In this document: in pieces, positions 29,620-39,613 of the stretch
How positions within the stretch are numbered: position 1 is the stretch's first letter
How the letters are laid out: each line of letters opens with the position of its first letter
Assembly: GCA_030682795.1 (NCBI GenBank)
Contig: JAUXNJ010000010.1
Location: 176,660 to 240,659, forward strand
Source: Sphingobacteriaceae bacterium
GTDB lineage: Bacteria; Bacteroidota; Bacteroidia; UBA7662
DNA: 64,000 bases
Direction: 5' to 3'
The notes under the pieces: generated by a model
The model's input: the letters and a program-made list of their open reading frames with translations, nothing else
Told to the model about the DNA's origin: nothing
Database searches by the model: none
Made by a program: the position numbers and the translations under genes

Positions 29620-30786
29620 TTATTGCCAAGTCCAGCCCTTGGTCACTAAAAGTTGCAAGGCGTCGTACAAGCTCAACAGGTGCACCCCTGGCCTAAATTC
29701 ACCGGCGCTGTTAGATGGGGTAACCACATGATGCGGGATATTCGGGAAATCTTTCATGGCCTCGGTGTTGCCTTTGCTCAAGCGCGGACTGTTGCTGTAT
29801 TTAAATTCGAAGCTCGCCACGGGCTTGTTGTTTTGCACCAGTAGCAAATCGAGTTCGGCCCCCGCGGCGGTGCGGTAAAAATACGGTTGCAGGCCTGGTT
29901 TGAGAATGGCCAACAGCTGCTGTATGCCAAAACCTTCCCAAGAAGCTCCTTTGAGAATGTCGCCTTCGAGTGCATTGAGGCTTTGGATGCCAGAGAGCAG
30001 ATGTAGCAGTCCCGAGTCGCGGATGTAAAGCTTCGGACTTTTTACCAATCGCTTTTGGTGGTTGGCGTGATAAGGGTGCAGGGTACGAATCAAAAACATC
30101 TGCTCAAAAAATTGCAGATAGTTTTTAACGGTGGGGAGACTCAACTGCGTGGCTTGGGCTAGATTGCTGTAATTGATCAGTTGGCCGTGTACCGAGCAAA
30201 GTAGTTGCAAAAATTGTTCAAGTTCCTGTGGGTTGGTGCGCAATTCGGCGGTACCTAGTTCGCGTTGCAAATAGCTTCTGCCAAAATCGAGTAGCCAGTC
30301 GAAGGCATCTTCGTCGGAGAGCGCGAGGTAAGCTAGCGGGTAACCGCCGCGCAGCCAAAGTGTATCGCGATTTTCGGCGGTGGTTTCGAGTAACTGCAGT
30401 GGATGTAGCTCCCGGAAGTGAATGCGGCCGGCCAAACTTTCGGAGCTGCTTACGAGCAAATGATCGGAGGCCGAGCCGAGCAGCAAAAAGCGGCCCGGAC
30501 GGCGGTTGGCATCCACCAAGCTCCTAAGCACTGGAAACAGTTCAGGCATGCGCTGCACCTCGTCGATGATGATGCGTTTTTGGGCGTTTTTTTCAAGGAA
30601 AAATTCAGGATCGCTTAATCGCAGCAGGTCCGACGGCCGCTCGAGGTCGAGATAAAGACTGTCTTCTGACCCAGCCAATTGCCGCGCAAGCGTAGTTTTA
30701 CCCACCTGCCGCGGTCCGAGCAGCGCCACCACAGGATACTTGTTCAATGCCTTTTGCAGACCGGTATGGGTAAAACGATTAATCAT
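29620..30786 (-). CDS. AAA+ ATPase with C-terminal DUF4143 (COG1373-like)
   Basis: Walker A (LLGPRQVGKTTLARQL) and Walker B (RIIIDEVQ). 388 aa. Start codon embedded in repeat copy 2. Confidence 0.75.
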   Translation of the reverse strand: MINRFTHTGLQKALNKYPVVALLGPRQVGKTTLARQLAGSEDSLYLDLERPSDLLRLSDPEFFLEKNAQKRIIIDEVQRMPELFPVLRSLVDANRRPGRFLLLGSASDHLLVSSSESLAGRIHFRELHPLQLLETTAENRDTLWLRGGYPLAYLALSDEDAFDWLLDFGRSYLQRELGTAELRTNPQELEQFLQLLCSVHGQLINYSNLAQATQLSLPTVKNYLQFFEQMFLIRTLHPYHANHQKRLVKSPKLYIRDSGLLHLLSGIQSLNALEGDILKGASWEGFGIQQLLAILKPGLQPYFYRTAAGAELDLLLVQNNKPVASFEFKYSNSPRLSKGNTEAMKDFPNIPHHVVTPSNSAGEFRPGVHLLSLYDALQLLVTKGWTWQ

Positions 30787-30840
30787 TATCCTTGTAAATT
30801 TAAATCATACTTCGAAAATTGCAAGGATAATTTTGATTTA
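30783..30840. repeat. Copy 2 of the ~56-bp palindromic element, overlapping the ATPase start codon
   Basis: ...CATTATCCTTGTAAATTTAAATCATACTTCGAAAATTGCAAGGATAATTTTGATTT. About 3 mismatches to copy 1. Confidence 0.8.
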
Positions 30841-30911
30841 TGACTTTTGTAAGTAGTTCAGGGAGATTTTGGTGAAATCTTACGCACAGTTTTTCTTATC
30901 CGATTCCTGCA

Positions 30912-30950
30912 AAATCAAAATCAAATTTTAAAATTGCAGGGATAATTAGG
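30912..30950. repeat. Partial, rearranged third copy of the element (AAATCAAAATCAAATTTTAAAATTGCAGGGATAATTAGG)
   Basis: Contains the right-arm AAAATTGCAGGGATAATT and an inverted AATCAAAAT. Confidence 0.5.
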
Positions 30951-30960
30951 TTTCTCGAGC

Positions 30961-31257
30961 TTAAGAAGCAAGATTTATCTTGGCCTTACAGAATCTCCAC
31001 CCATGCCTGCAAGCGGCAACGGCACTCATCATTAACACCAAGTTTACACCCGCGCCATCGAACTGCCATGCGCCCATCCAAAGGAGCATCACAATGGTAA
31101 GTACATACATCAAGGCTGCACCAAGCTCTAAAATGGGTTTAGCTACAAAGCGCTGAAGCAGCCAATGAAGGCCGAGAATGCCTATAAACAAAGCAATAAG
31201 CTGCAAGTCAGTCATGTTCATATTATTTAGAAAGGCAAAGTACAAAAAATTACACAA
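30961..31257 (-). CDS. Small membrane protein (98 aa, 3 TM)
   Basis: Hydrophobic ORF. No motif. Confidence 0.4.
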   Translation of the reverse strand: MCNFLYFAFLNNMNMTDLQLIALFIGILGLHWLLQRFVAKPILELGAALMYVLTIVMLLWMGAWQFDGAGVNLVLMMSAVAACRHGWRFCKAKINLAS

Positions 31258-31337
31258 GGTGGATTACAGAAAGATTTTTTTGGATTCGCATCGGAACCAA
31301 TGTTTGGCTTTTTCAATCTTCTACCTTATCTTTGCAA

Positions 31338-31465
31338 GGCTTATCCAGAAGGACGGAGGGAACGGCCCTACGAAGTCCTGGCAACCGCAGCGTGAAGCTT
31401 GCTTTATGTTGGTTTGGTGCCAATTCCGCTGCCACTAACAAATACTTGAGGCAGGAGATGAGCAG
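31338..31465 (+). ncRNA. SAM-I (S-box) riboswitch aptamer
   Basis: CTTATCCAGAAGGACGGAGGGAACGGCCCTACGAAGTCCTGGCAACC...GGTGCCAATTCCGCTGCC...GGCAGGAGATGAGC matches the SAM-I consensus (P1 CUUAUC/GAUGAG; GGAGGGA; GGCCC; GGCAACC; GGUGCCAAUUCC). It lies upstream of metH. Confidence 0.8.
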
Positions 31466-31530
31466 GCAGTAATCAGCTAAAAAGGGCTGTGTGCTATCTG
31501 CAAGTCGGTACCCGAATCCTTCGGGGATGA

Positions 31531-31556
31531 GCTAAACCAAAAGTTTGGCTTTTTTT
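31531..31556 (+). terminator. Riboswitch expression-platform terminator (GCTAAAC-loop-GTTTGGC followed by T7), immediately before the metH ATG
   Basis: 7-bp stem with one G.U pair, 5-nt loop, T-run 31550-31556. A second hairpin CCCGAA-TCC-TTCGGG lies at 31511-31525. Confidence 0.6.
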
Positions 31557-34500
31557 ATGCATTACGATATTCAAGAGGAGATTAAAAAGCGCATTCTGGT
31601 GCTCGACGGGGCCATGGGTACGCAAATTCAGAATTATAAACTTACCGAGGCCGATTACCGCGGCACACGCTTCGCCGATTGGCAGTCGGATGTAAAAGGC
31701 AACAACGAATTGCTGTCGCTTAGCCAGCCGCACATCATCGAAAACATTCACCGGGCGTATTTTGAGGCCGGGGCCGACATCGCCGAAACCAATACCTTCA
31801 ATGCCCAGCGGGTGTCGATGGCCGATTACGGCATGGAGGAGCTGAGCTACGAGCTCAATGTAACTTCAGCCAAAATCGCCCGGCAGGTAGCCGACGAATT
31901 TACGGCTGCCAATCCCAACAAACCGCGCTTTGTGGCTGGTGCCCTCGGGCCTACCAACAAAACGGCGAGTATTAGTCCCGACGTAAACAACCCCGGCTTC
32001 CGCAGCATCAGCTTCGACGAGTTGGTGGCGGCGTATTACGAGCAGGTGAAAGGACTGGTCGACGGCGGGGTGGATGCCCTGCTGGTAGAAACCATCTTCG
32101 ATACGCTCAATGCCAAGGCGGCTTTGTATGCCATTGATAAGTATTTTCAGGACGAAAAACGGGCGCCGCTGCCCATCATGGTGAGTGGCACGATCACCGA
32201 CAACAGCGGCAGGACCTTAAGCGGACAAACCGTAGAGGCCTTTCTGTATTCGATGTCGCACCTCCCGCTGCTCAGCATTGGCCTGAACTGCGCCCTCGGC
32301 GCTGCCCAAATGCGCCCGCACCTGCAGTCGCTTTCCAAGGCTTCCAAATTCCGCATCTCGGCCCACCCCAATGCGGGCTTGCCGAATGCCTTTGGGGAGT
32401 ACGACGAGAGTCCCGCCATGATGCGCGCCCACATCAAAGACTTCCTCGACAACAGTTTTGTGAACATCATCGGCGGTTGCTGCGGCACTTCGCCTGAGCA
32501 CATCCGCGAAATTGCTGCTGAGGCAGCGCTGCACCAGCCCCGGCAGTCGCCCGCCCTCGAGCCCGTGATGCACCTGAGCGGCTTAGAGCCCGTGAGCATC
32601 ACCAAACAAACCAATTTTGTGAATGTAGGAGAGCGCACCAATGTAACGGGTTCGCGCATGTTCGCCCGCCTCATTAAAGAAGAAAAGTTCGACGAAGCTG
32701 TGGAGGTAGCCCGCCAGCAAGTAGAAAACGGCGCTCAGGTAATCGACGTGAACTTCGACGAAGGCATGCTCGACTCCGAAGCCGCCATGACCCGCTTCCT
32801 CAACCTCATTGCCGCCGAGCCCGACATTGCGCGGGTGCCCGTAATGATCGACTCGTCCAAGTGGAGCGTCATCGAAGCAGGTTTGAAATGTGTGCAGGGC
32901 AAAGCCATCGTCAACTCTATCTCCCTCAAAGAAGGGGAGGAGCGCTTTAAATACTACGCCCACCAAGTGCTGGCCTACGGCGCCGCCGTGATTGTAATGG
33001 CGTTTGACGAGCAGGGCCAGGCCGACAGCTACGAGCGCCGCATCGAAATTTGCCAGCGCGCCTACAACATCCTGGTGCAGGAAGTTGGTTTCCCAGCTGA
33101 AGACATCATTTTCGACCCCAACATCCTCACCGTAGCCACGGGCATTGAAGAGCACAACAACTATGCAGTCGATTTCATCAACGCCACCCGCTGGATCAAG
33201 CAAAACCTGCCCGGCGTAAAAGTCAGCGGCGGGGTGAGCAACATAAGCTTCAGCTTCCGCGGCAACGACAAAGTGCGCGAAGCCATGCACGCCGCCTTTT
33301 TGTACCACGCCATTCAGGCGGGTATGGACATGGGCATTGTGAATGCGGGGCAGATTGAGGTGTATGAAGAGGTAGATAAGGAGCTGCTGCAGCATGTGGA
33401 AGATGTGCTGCTGAACCGCCGCGACGATTCAACCGAGCGCCTCATCCAGCTGGCCGAGCAGTACAAAGGCGGCAAGGGCAAGGAGGCTGCGGCCAAAGAC
33501 GAAAGCTGGCGCCTCGAGCCCGTGCAAGCGCGACTCACCCATGCCTTGGTGAAGGGCATAGATGAGTTCATTGACCAGGATGTGGAAGAAGCCCGGCACG
33601 AGTTTGAGAAACCGTTGCAGGTAATCGAGGGTCCGTTAATGGCCGGTATGAACGTGGTTGGCGACCTTTTTGGGGCCGGTAAGATGTTTTTGCCGCAGGT
33701 GGTGAAAAGCGCCCGGGTAATGAAAAAAGCTGTGGCCTACCTCATGCCGTACCTCGAGGCCGAGAAACTGGCCAATCCCTCCGAACACAAATCTGCCAAA
33801 GGCAAAATCCTGATGGCAACCGTAAAAGGCGACGTACACGACATTGGTAAAAATATTGTGGGCGTGGTGTTGCAGTGCAACAACTACGATGTAGTGGACC
33901 TCGGGGTGATGGTGAGCTGCGATAAAATTCTGGCGGCGGCCATCGAACACGAGGTAGATGTGATTGGTCTGTCGGGTTTGATTACGCCTTCGCTCGATGA
34001 AATGGTGTTTGTGGCCTCCGAAATGGAGCGCCTCGGCATTAAAAAACCGTTGATCATTGGCGGAGCCACTACTTCGCGGGCCCATACGGCTGTAAAAATA
34101 GCCCCGGCCTTCAACGGCACCGTGGTGCATGTGTTAGATGCGAGTCGCTCGGTGCCCGTGGTAAGTGCCTTGCTCAGTCCCGACCAGCGCGACGCCTTCA
34201 CCGCCAACACCCGTGCCGATTACGACAAACTGCGCGAGGGCTACCTCAGTCGCGGCCGCGAAAAAGCCATGTTGCCCATCGCTGAAGCCCGTGCCAACCG
34301 CTTCCCGATCGATTTTAAAGCCGAAGATTTGGCCGTGCCTGCTCAGCCTGGTATCCACGAATTTCGCCAATATCCGCTGGCCACTTTGGTCGATTACATC
34401 GACTGGACGCCCTTCTTCCAGGCCTGGGAGCTGCATGGCAAATTTCCCAACATCCTCCACGATGAGGTGGTGGGAGAAGCCGCCACCAAGCTGTTCGAAG

Positions 34501-35219
34501 ATGCGCAGGCCATGCTCAAGACCATCGTAAAAGAGCAATGGTTAGATGCACGGGCAGTGTTTGGGCTCTTTGCAGCCAATGCCGAAGGTGATGATGTTTT
34601 GTTAGAAGATGGCACCCGCTTCTTAACCCTGCGCCAGCAGGCTAAAAAAGCAGATACCTTACCCAATATAGCCCTCAGCGACTTTGTAGCACCCAAGGAA
34701 AGCGGTCTGCAAGACCACCTAGGCCTCTTTGCCGTAGGTGTTTTTGGTGCCGAAGAGCGTGTAAACGTGATGAAAGCCGCGCACGACGACTACAACGCCA
34801 TCTTGCTACAATCGCTTTCCGACCGCCTGGCCGAAGCTTTTGCCGAGCATTTGCATGAGCGGGTACGCAAAGAATATTGGGGCTACGAGCCGCAGGAGCA
34901 GCTCAGCAACGACGATTTGATTGCCGAAAAATACCGCGGCATTCGTCCCGCGCCCGGCTACCCCGCTTGTCCCGACCACCTAGACAAACGCACCCTCTTT
35001 GCGCGCCTCGACGTGGAGCAGCGCATTGGCCTTACCCTCACCGAGCACTGCGCCATGTGGCCTGCTGCCGCTGTGAGTGGCTTTTACCTTGCCCATCCCC
35101 AAGCTAAATACTTTGGTGTGGGTAAAATTGACAAAGACCAGGTGGAAGATTATGCTGTACGCCGCGGCATCAGTTTAGAGGAGGCGGAGAAGTGGTTGTC
35201 ACCAACCTTAAATTATTGA
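31557..35219 (+). CDS. metH: Cobalamin-dependent methionine synthase MetH (Hcy-binding, pterin-binding, B12-binding and AdoMet-activation domains)
   Basis: 1220 aa. B12-binding DxHxxG ([11 protein letters not shown]). The track ORF begins at a TTG at 31545, inside the terminator T-run; the ATG at 31557 (MHYDIQEE...) is the likely start. Confidence 0.92.
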   Translation: MHYDIQEEIKKRILVLDGAMGTQIQNYKLTEADYRGTRFADWQSDVKGNNELLSLSQPHIIENIHRAYFEAGADIAETNTFNAQRVSMADYGMEELSYELNVTSAKIARQVADEFTAANPNKPRFVAGALGPTNKTASISPDVNNPGFRSISFDELVAAYYEQVKGLVDGGVDALLVETIFDTLNAKAALYAIDKYFQDEKRAPLPIMVSGTITDNSGRTLSGQTVEAFLYSMSHLPLLSIGLNCALGAAQMRPHLQSLSKASKFRISAHPNAGLPNAFGEYDESPAMMRAHIKDFLDNSFVNIIGGCCGTSPEHIREIAAEAALHQPRQSPALEPVMHLSGLEPVSITKQTNFVNVGERTNVTGSRMFARLIKEEKFDEAVEVARQQVENGAQVIDVNFDEGMLDSEAAMTRFLNLIAAEPDIARVPVMIDSSKWSVIEAGLKCVQGKAIVNSISLKEGEERFKYYAHQVLAYGAAVIVMAFDEQGQADSYERRIEICQRAYNILVQEVGFPAEDIIFDPNILTVATGIEEHNNYAVDFINATRWIKQNLPGVKVSGGVSNISFSFRGNDKVREAMHAAFLYHAIQAGMDMGIVNAGQIEVYEEVDKELLQHVEDVLLNRRDDSTERLIQLAEQYKGGKGKEAAAKDESWRLEPVQARLTHALVKGIDEFIDQDVEEARHEFEKPLQVIEGPLMAGMNVVGDLFGAGKMFLPQVVKSARVMKKAVAYLMPYLEAEKLANPSEHKSAKGKILMATVKGDVHDIGKNIVGVVLQCNNYDVVDLGVMVSCDKILAAAIEHEVDVIGLSGLITPSLDEMVFVASEMERLGIKKPLIIGGATTSRAHTAVKIAPAFNGTVVHVLDASRSVPVVSALLSPDQRDAFTANTRADYDKLREGYLSRGREKAMLPIAEARANRFPIDFKAEDLAVPAQPGIHEFRQYPLATLVDYIDWTPFFQAWELHGKFPNILHDEVVGEAATKLFEDAQAMLKTIVKEQWLDARAVFGLFAANAEGDDVLLEDGTRFLTLRQQAKKADTLPNIALSDFVAPKESGLQDHLGLFAVGVFGAEERVNVMKAAHDDYNAILLQSLSDRLAEAFAEHLHERVRKEYWGYEPQEQLSNDDLIAEKYRGIRPAPGYPACPDHLDKRTLFARLDVEQRIGLTLTEHCAMWPAAAVSGFYLAHPQAKYFGVGKIDKDQVEDYAVRRGISLEEAEKWLSPTLNY

Positions 35220-35372
35220 AACACGGAGGTCACGGAGGTCACGGAGTTTCTCTTTTTTGAAACACGGAGGTCACGGAGGACACGGAGTTTCTCTTTTTTG
35301 AAACACGGAGGTCACGGAGGACACGGAGTTTCTCTTTTTTGAAACACGGAGGTCACGGAGGACACGGAGTTT
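35218..35372 (+). repeat. Tandem repeat, ~3.8 copies of a 41-bp unit GAAACACGGAGG(T)CACGGAGG(A/T)CACGGAGTTTCTCTTTTTT. Each unit contains three 'CACGGAGn' 9-mers.
   Basis: Units at 35218, 35259, 35300 and a partial unit at 35341. The first unit begins within the metH stop codon. Confidence 0.9.
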
Positions 35373-35451
35373 ATGGAACTCAGAAAATGAAAAAGAATGC
35401 GGAATATGAATTAAAGAAAGGTGCGTAATTGCTTGTTTAAAACAAAATACC

Positions 35452-35832
35452 ATGAGCAAGCTATTATATGCCGAATTGAGCGAAAAAGTGTTAGGCGCAG
35501 CGCTAAATGTTCACAGAGAACTGGGGCCGGGACTTTTAGAAAACGCTTACAAATTTGCTTTAATGCATGAATTGGACGAACGAAAAATAAAATATCAAAC
35601 AGAAATACCGATTCCGATGGTATACAAAGGACAGAAGTTGGATTGTGGCTACCGAGCTGATTTTTTAGTGGAGGATCACTTGATTCTTGAGCTAAAAGCA
35701 GCAGAGCATATGCACAATCTCTTTAAAGCACAACTGATGACCTATTTGCGCTTGTCGGAACGAAAAGTTGGACTACTAATCAATTTTAATACTGAACTAC
35801 TAAAAAATGGAGTCATTCGCTTGGTCATGTAA
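35452..35832 (+). CDS. GxxExxY family protein (PD-(D/E)XK nuclease-like)
   Basis: GLLENAY motif (G-x-x-E-x-x-Y). 126 aa. The gene is bracketed by direct and inverted copies of the CACGGAGG repeat. Confidence 0.7.
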   Translation: MSKLLYAELSEKVLGAALNVHRELGPGLLENAYKFALMHELDERKIKYQTEIPIPMVYKGQKLDCGYRADFLVEDHLILELKAAEHMHNLFKAQLMTYLRLSERKVGLLINFNTELLKNGVIRLVM

Positions 35833-35918
35833 TTCTCCGTGCTCTCCGTGTCCTCCGTGTTTTATGAACGCGAAGTCAGCGAGAGCAAGTAAAATTTCTC
35901 CGTGCCCTCCGTGTCCTC
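35824..35918 (-). repeat. Two inverted partial copies of the CACGGAGG-type repeat (CTCCGTGCTCTCCGTGTCCTCCGTGTTTT and CTCCGTGCCCTCCGTGTCCTCCGTGTTTTT)
   Basis: Reverse complements of the 35218-35372 units. Located between the GxxExxY stop and the metF start. Confidence 0.85.
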
Positions 35919-35932
35919 CGTGTTTTTAAAAT

Positions 35933-36886
35933 ATGAAAATTACAGAACACATCCATAGCTCGAAAGACACCCTCTTCTCCTTCGAGATCCTGCCGCCCTT
36001 AAAAGGCCAAGACATCAACCAGATTTATGCTGGCATTGAGCCGTTGATGGAATTTAATCCCCCCTTCATCGACGTAACCTACCACCGCGAGGAATTCATC
36101 ATGAAGCCCTTGCCCGACGGCACCTTCCGGCGCATCACCACCCGCAAACGCCCGGGTACGGTGGCTATTTGTGCGGCCATCATGAACAAATTTAAGGTAG
36201 ATGCCGTGCCACACCTCATTTGCGGCGGCTTTACCCGCGAAGAAACCGAAAACGCCCTTATCGACTTGCACTTTTTGGGCATCGATAATGTGCTGGTGTT
36301 GCGCGGCGACAACCTCAAGCACGAAACCGTATTCACTCCGGAGCCTGAGGGTAACAAAAACTCGCTCGAATTGCTGCAGCAAGTGCAGGAAATGAATAAA
36401 GGTATTTATTTAGATGAAGACCTTGTGAATCCGGTGGCTACTAATTTTTGCATCGGTGTTTCTGGTTATCCCGAAAAGCACCAGGATGCCCCCAATTTGA
36501 AGTCAGATTTGCTTTGGTTGCAGAAAAAAGTGGATGCAGGAGCGGAATTTATCACCACCCAAATGTTTTTCGATAACCAAGCCTACTTCGATTTTGTAGA
36601 GAAATGCCGAAAACAAGGGATTAACATTCCGATCATCCCAGGTATCAAGCCCATTGCCACCAAAAAACAGCTTACAGTGCTTCCTAAAATCTTTCACATC
36701 GACATCCCAGAGGCATTGGCTGAAGCGGTGGAGAAGGCCAAGGACGACCGGCAGGTGAAGGAAATAGGTATTGAATGGGCCATCCAGCAGTGCAAGGAGC
36801 TCAAAGCAGGTGGCGTTCCCGTACTTCATTTTTATACCATGGGGAGGAGCGAAGCCACTAAAAAAATTGCAGAGGCGGTTTTTTAG
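35933..36886 (+). CDS. metF: 5,10-methylenetetrahydrofolate reductase MetF
   Basis: MKITEHIHSSKDTLFSFEILPP... (MetF N-terminal pattern). 317 aa. Downstream of metH. Confidence 0.85.
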   Translation: MKITEHIHSSKDTLFSFEILPPLKGQDINQIYAGIEPLMEFNPPFIDVTYHREEFIMKPLPDGTFRRITTRKRPGTVAICAAIMNKFKVDAVPHLICGGFTREETENALIDLHFLGIDNVLVLRGDNLKHETVFTPEPEGNKNSLELLQQVQEMNKGIYLDEDLVNPVATNFCIGVSGYPEKHQDAPNLKSDLLWLQKKVDAGAEFITTQMFFDNQAYFDFVEKCRKQGINIPIIPGIKPIATKKQLTVLPKIFHIDIPEALAEAVEKAKDDRQVKEIGIEWAIQQCKELKAGGVPVLHFYTMGRSEATKKIAEAVF

Positions 36887-36914
36887 TCTTGGCTGTATTC
36901 AGTATTATTGGGGT

Positions 36915-37310
36915 ATGAATAATCAATTTAACAAAATTGATTGGCCAAGTTACGGCTATGCCAATTTGTATTTCGGTGTCCCGGTTTTGCTGTTCGGACT
37001 GAGTTTAGAGACCATTTCAGCTACCACTCAATTTTTGATATGGTTGCCGTTTGCTATGGGAATAATTATTTTGTTACTCACTGACCGGCAGGAGCTCTTG
37101 AAGTTTATTTTTCCTTTCGCGGCTAAAAGCGGAAGGGGCATGGCGCGTTACCTGGGTGTGGTAGGCCTGCTGACTTATACCTCAGGTCGTGTACTTCCAG
37201 AAGGGATTGCCAAAGCCCCCTTCTTGTTAAATGCGGGCCTGCTATTGGTGGCTGCTTCCGCGGCCTGGTACATGATTCGTTTGGTGCGTTTTCAAGAACG
37301 TGGCTTGTAA
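36915..37310 (+). CDS. Small polytopic membrane protein (131 aa)
   Basis: The track ORF starts at 36771, inside metF. The ATG at 36915 (MNNQFNK...) is followed by 4 hydrophobic segments. Confidence 0.45.
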   Translation: MNNQFNKIDWPSYGYANLYFGVPVLLFGLSLETISATTQFLIWLPFAMGIIILLLTDRQELLKFIFPFAAKSGRGMARYLGVVGLLTYTSGRVLPEGIAKAPFLLNAGLLLVAASAAWYMIRLVRFQERGL

Positions 37311-37344
37311 GCGCCAAGCCTAACCGGACTTGCGGTCTATCGCT

Positions 37345-38664
37345 CTAGTCCAATGCTTTTCTCAAATCAGCCACACTGCGATATGTGTCGATGATCTTGC
37401 CGTTCTTGTCGATTCGCACAAAAAAAGGAGTAGCATGCACTCGGTAGGCAATCGAACTAGGACCATTCCAGCCTTTCGGGTCACGTAAGTGTTCCCAATG
37501 CTCAAGGTTTTGCTTCTCGGCTTTCCAACCAACCTCCCAACTATCGAGGGCAATGGCGGTGACGGCTATTTGGGGACGGTTGTTTTTTAGCCACAAATGC
37601 AATGTAGGCAGGTCGCGTAAGCAGTGCGGACAGTCGGCCGACCAAAACACCAGTAAATCGGATGAGGGAAGGCGTTTTTCTAGCATTTTACCATCGGCTT
37701 GTACCAATTGTTCGAGTGTGGGTGCTGTGGCCCCAGCTGCGATGCGATTGTAAGCCAACAAGGTATTTCGCAACCGTTCGCTCAGTTGTGGGTCAGTACA
37801 TGCATTTTGAGTAGCTACCCGCTGCTGGATGAGGTGTAAGGCTTTTGGCAGTCCCATTTGCTCGAAGCCTATGCGTAAGAAATCGGCCACGGGAGCAAAA
37901 TAAATCGGATTTTCTTCTAGTTTGTCAAATACGCGATTGAGGTAGCTGATCCCTAAAACCTCGGCATCTTCGCCTTCTTCTGGTGCAAAAAGTCGGTAAT
38001 AGGCCACTAAAAATTGGGGAATGAGGTTGTAGTGCAATTGCAGGGTATCGCTTAAGTCGAGGAGCTCGAGGTAACGTTCGCGGGTGTAAAAACTATCTAA
38101 AGCGGCGCCACTTTGGCCCAAAAAAGGCAATTCAAAACGCAGCTGGCGGGTGCCTAAGTTCTGGACTTTGTTAATCTTGCGCAGCTGAGCGGCTTCAGCC
38201 TTCCGCAGGCGTTTTTGCTGTTTTTTTATTTGCTGCAAGAGGCGGGCTTCACCTTCGTATTCGTTGAGTAAAGCTTGCAATCTGCCTTGATTTTCCCGGA
38301 TTTTACGCAGCTCCTCCTTGTAGCTGCGATAATGGAGCCAACTGCTTCCACGCAAAATGTTGTATGTGTCGTTTGATTTTTGCTCAAAGCTGATGGCTTC
38401 TCCATCGTACAGCACATCTACATAACCACCTTCCCAAGTGAGGCGATAAAAGCCGTGGTAGGCGGGAGCAGGCATGCGAAATAAAAAGATGCTATCGGAA
38501 CCCGTTGTGGCTGTAGCAACGGTATCAGATACGTGCATGCGAAAGTCGTACAACAGCATGGTACTGCCAGCTGGCAAGCGCATTTTTCCCCTGATGGAGC
38601 TGGCAAACAAAGAAGAAGCACTGCCTACAAGCAGTAAAAGAATTATAAGGCTTGTCTTACGCAT
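37345..38664 (-). CDS. TlpA/ResA-like thiol:disulfide oxidoreductase domain protein (C-terminal thioredoxin fold, N-terminal coiled-coil region)
   Basis: LVFWSADCPHCLRDLPTL (WxxCxxC). Signal peptide. Confidence 0.7.
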   Translation of the reverse strand: MRKTSLIILLLLVGSASSLFASSIRGKMRLPAGSTMLLYDFRMHVSDTVATATTGSDSIFLFRMPAPAYHGFYRLTWEGGYVDVLYDGEAISFEQKSNDTYNILRGSSWLHYRSYKEELRKIRENQGRLQALLNEYEGEARLLQQIKKQQKRLRKAEAAQLRKINKVQNLGTRQLRFELPFLGQSGAALDSFYTRERYLELLDLSDTLQLHYNLIPQFLVAYYRLFAPEEGEDAEVLGISYLNRVFDKLEENPIYFAPVADFLRIGFEQMGLPKALHLIQQRVATQNACTDPQLSERLRNTLLAYNRIAAGATAPTLEQLVQADGKMLEKRLPSSDLLVFWSADCPHCLRDLPTLHLWLKNNRPQIAVTAIALDSWEVGWKAEKQNLEHWEHLRDPKGWNGPSSIAYRVHATPFFVRIDKNGKIIDTYRSVADLRKALD

Positions 38665-39605
38665 CTGATTCGATGGGAATTACTTTTGGAACTCACGCCA
38701 CTTACGCCGCTTGGAAAGGTGCGCATCATGGCATTGGCCGTAAAGGTAGGATTTTCGCTTGATGACCAATAGCCCCCAGCTGCGAAACCACCGATACTAT
38801 TGGCAGAATCTCTTAGGCAGAGTAGTTGATCATAGGCAGGTAAATACCAATCACTGAAGCCAAAGGCTGTGAGATTGGCGCAGATGGCCGCCGCAGGGGT
38901 GCCTGTGCAGGTGGCAGCAATGGTGGAGGTATTGAGCGACCCATTGGTATAGCTTGATGCCCCAGTTACAATTCCTGAACAGCCCCAGGGAGTTGGGCCA
39001 GCATTGTCGGTAGGGTGTACAAATAGGGTTGTGCCAAGACAGGGGATGGAGGGTAGGGCGGGGCCTGCATCGTATACAATCAGCAGGGTGTCGCTACTGG
39101 CGTTGCAAGGAGGGTTACTGATGGTCCAAACCAGCTGATATGTTCCGCCTGAAAGTCCGGTGAAACTGCTGTTAGGTAAGCTAGGATTACCCAAAGTGCC
39201 CCCTGTTCCTGAAAGAATGGTCCATAAACCAGTTCCTACACCAGGCGTATTGGCACTTAGGGTGATGGTTCCGCTGGCATTGGTAATGTTTGATCCAGCG
39301 TTGGCCGTTGTTGGTGCGCTTACCAAATTGAGTGCAATTTCGCCAGAGTTATTGGTGCAGTTTTGATCGGTAACCAAGGCGCGATAATGGCCATTTTGAT
39401 TAGGAGTGAAGGTGTAAGTAGCGGTGGTAGCACCACTGATGTTGTTCCAAGCACCTCCAGGCATTGAATCCTGCCACTGAATGTTGCCAATGGCTGTTCC
39501 TGGAAGCTCTAGACTCACTTGTTGTCCCGAACAAACATTGGTTTGGGCCTGCAAAAAGCTGGTAGAACAAATTATGAGAGCGACTGTATATGATAACTTT
39601 TTCAT
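38643..39605 (-). CDS. Secreted protein with Ig-like repeats and a C-terminal DUF1566 (Lcl C-terminal-like) domain
   Basis: Signal peptide. C-terminus ...FGFSDWYLPAYDQLLCL...GGYWSSSE... resembles DUF1566. Confidence 0.5.
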   Translation of the reverse strand: MKKLSYTVALIICSTSFLQAQTNVCSGQQVSLELPGTAIGNIQWQDSMPGGAWNNISGATTATYTFTPNQNGHYRALVTDQNCTNNSGEIALNLVSAPTTANAGSNITNASGTITLSANTPGVGTGLWTILSGTGGTLGNPSLPNSSFTGLSGGTYQLVWTISNPPCNASSDTLLIVYDAGPALPSIPCLGTTLFVHPTDNAGPTPWGCSGIVTGASSYTNGSLNTSTIAATCTGTPAAAICANLTAFGFSDWYLPAYDQLLCLRDSANSIGGFAAGGYWSSSENPTFTANAMMRTFPSGVSGVSSKSNSHRIRCVRQAL

Positions 39606-39613
39606 GTAACGGC

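Noticed and set aside
32583-34538. Several 100-270-aa minus-strand ORFs within metH
   Set aside because: Shadow ORFs typical of high-GC coding sequence. metH is uninterrupted and motif-supported on the + strand.
35218-35372. Possible CRISPR array (regular repeats)
   Set aside because: Units are contiguous with no unique spacers, and each unit is itself made of 9-mer sub-repeats. Inverted copies flank a gene. This is a tandem/inverted-repeat cassette, not CRISPR.
36771-36914. Track ORF start at 36771 for the membrane protein downstream of metF
   Set aside because: This extension lies inside the metF coding region in another frame. The hydrophobic protein more plausibly starts at the ATG at 36915.
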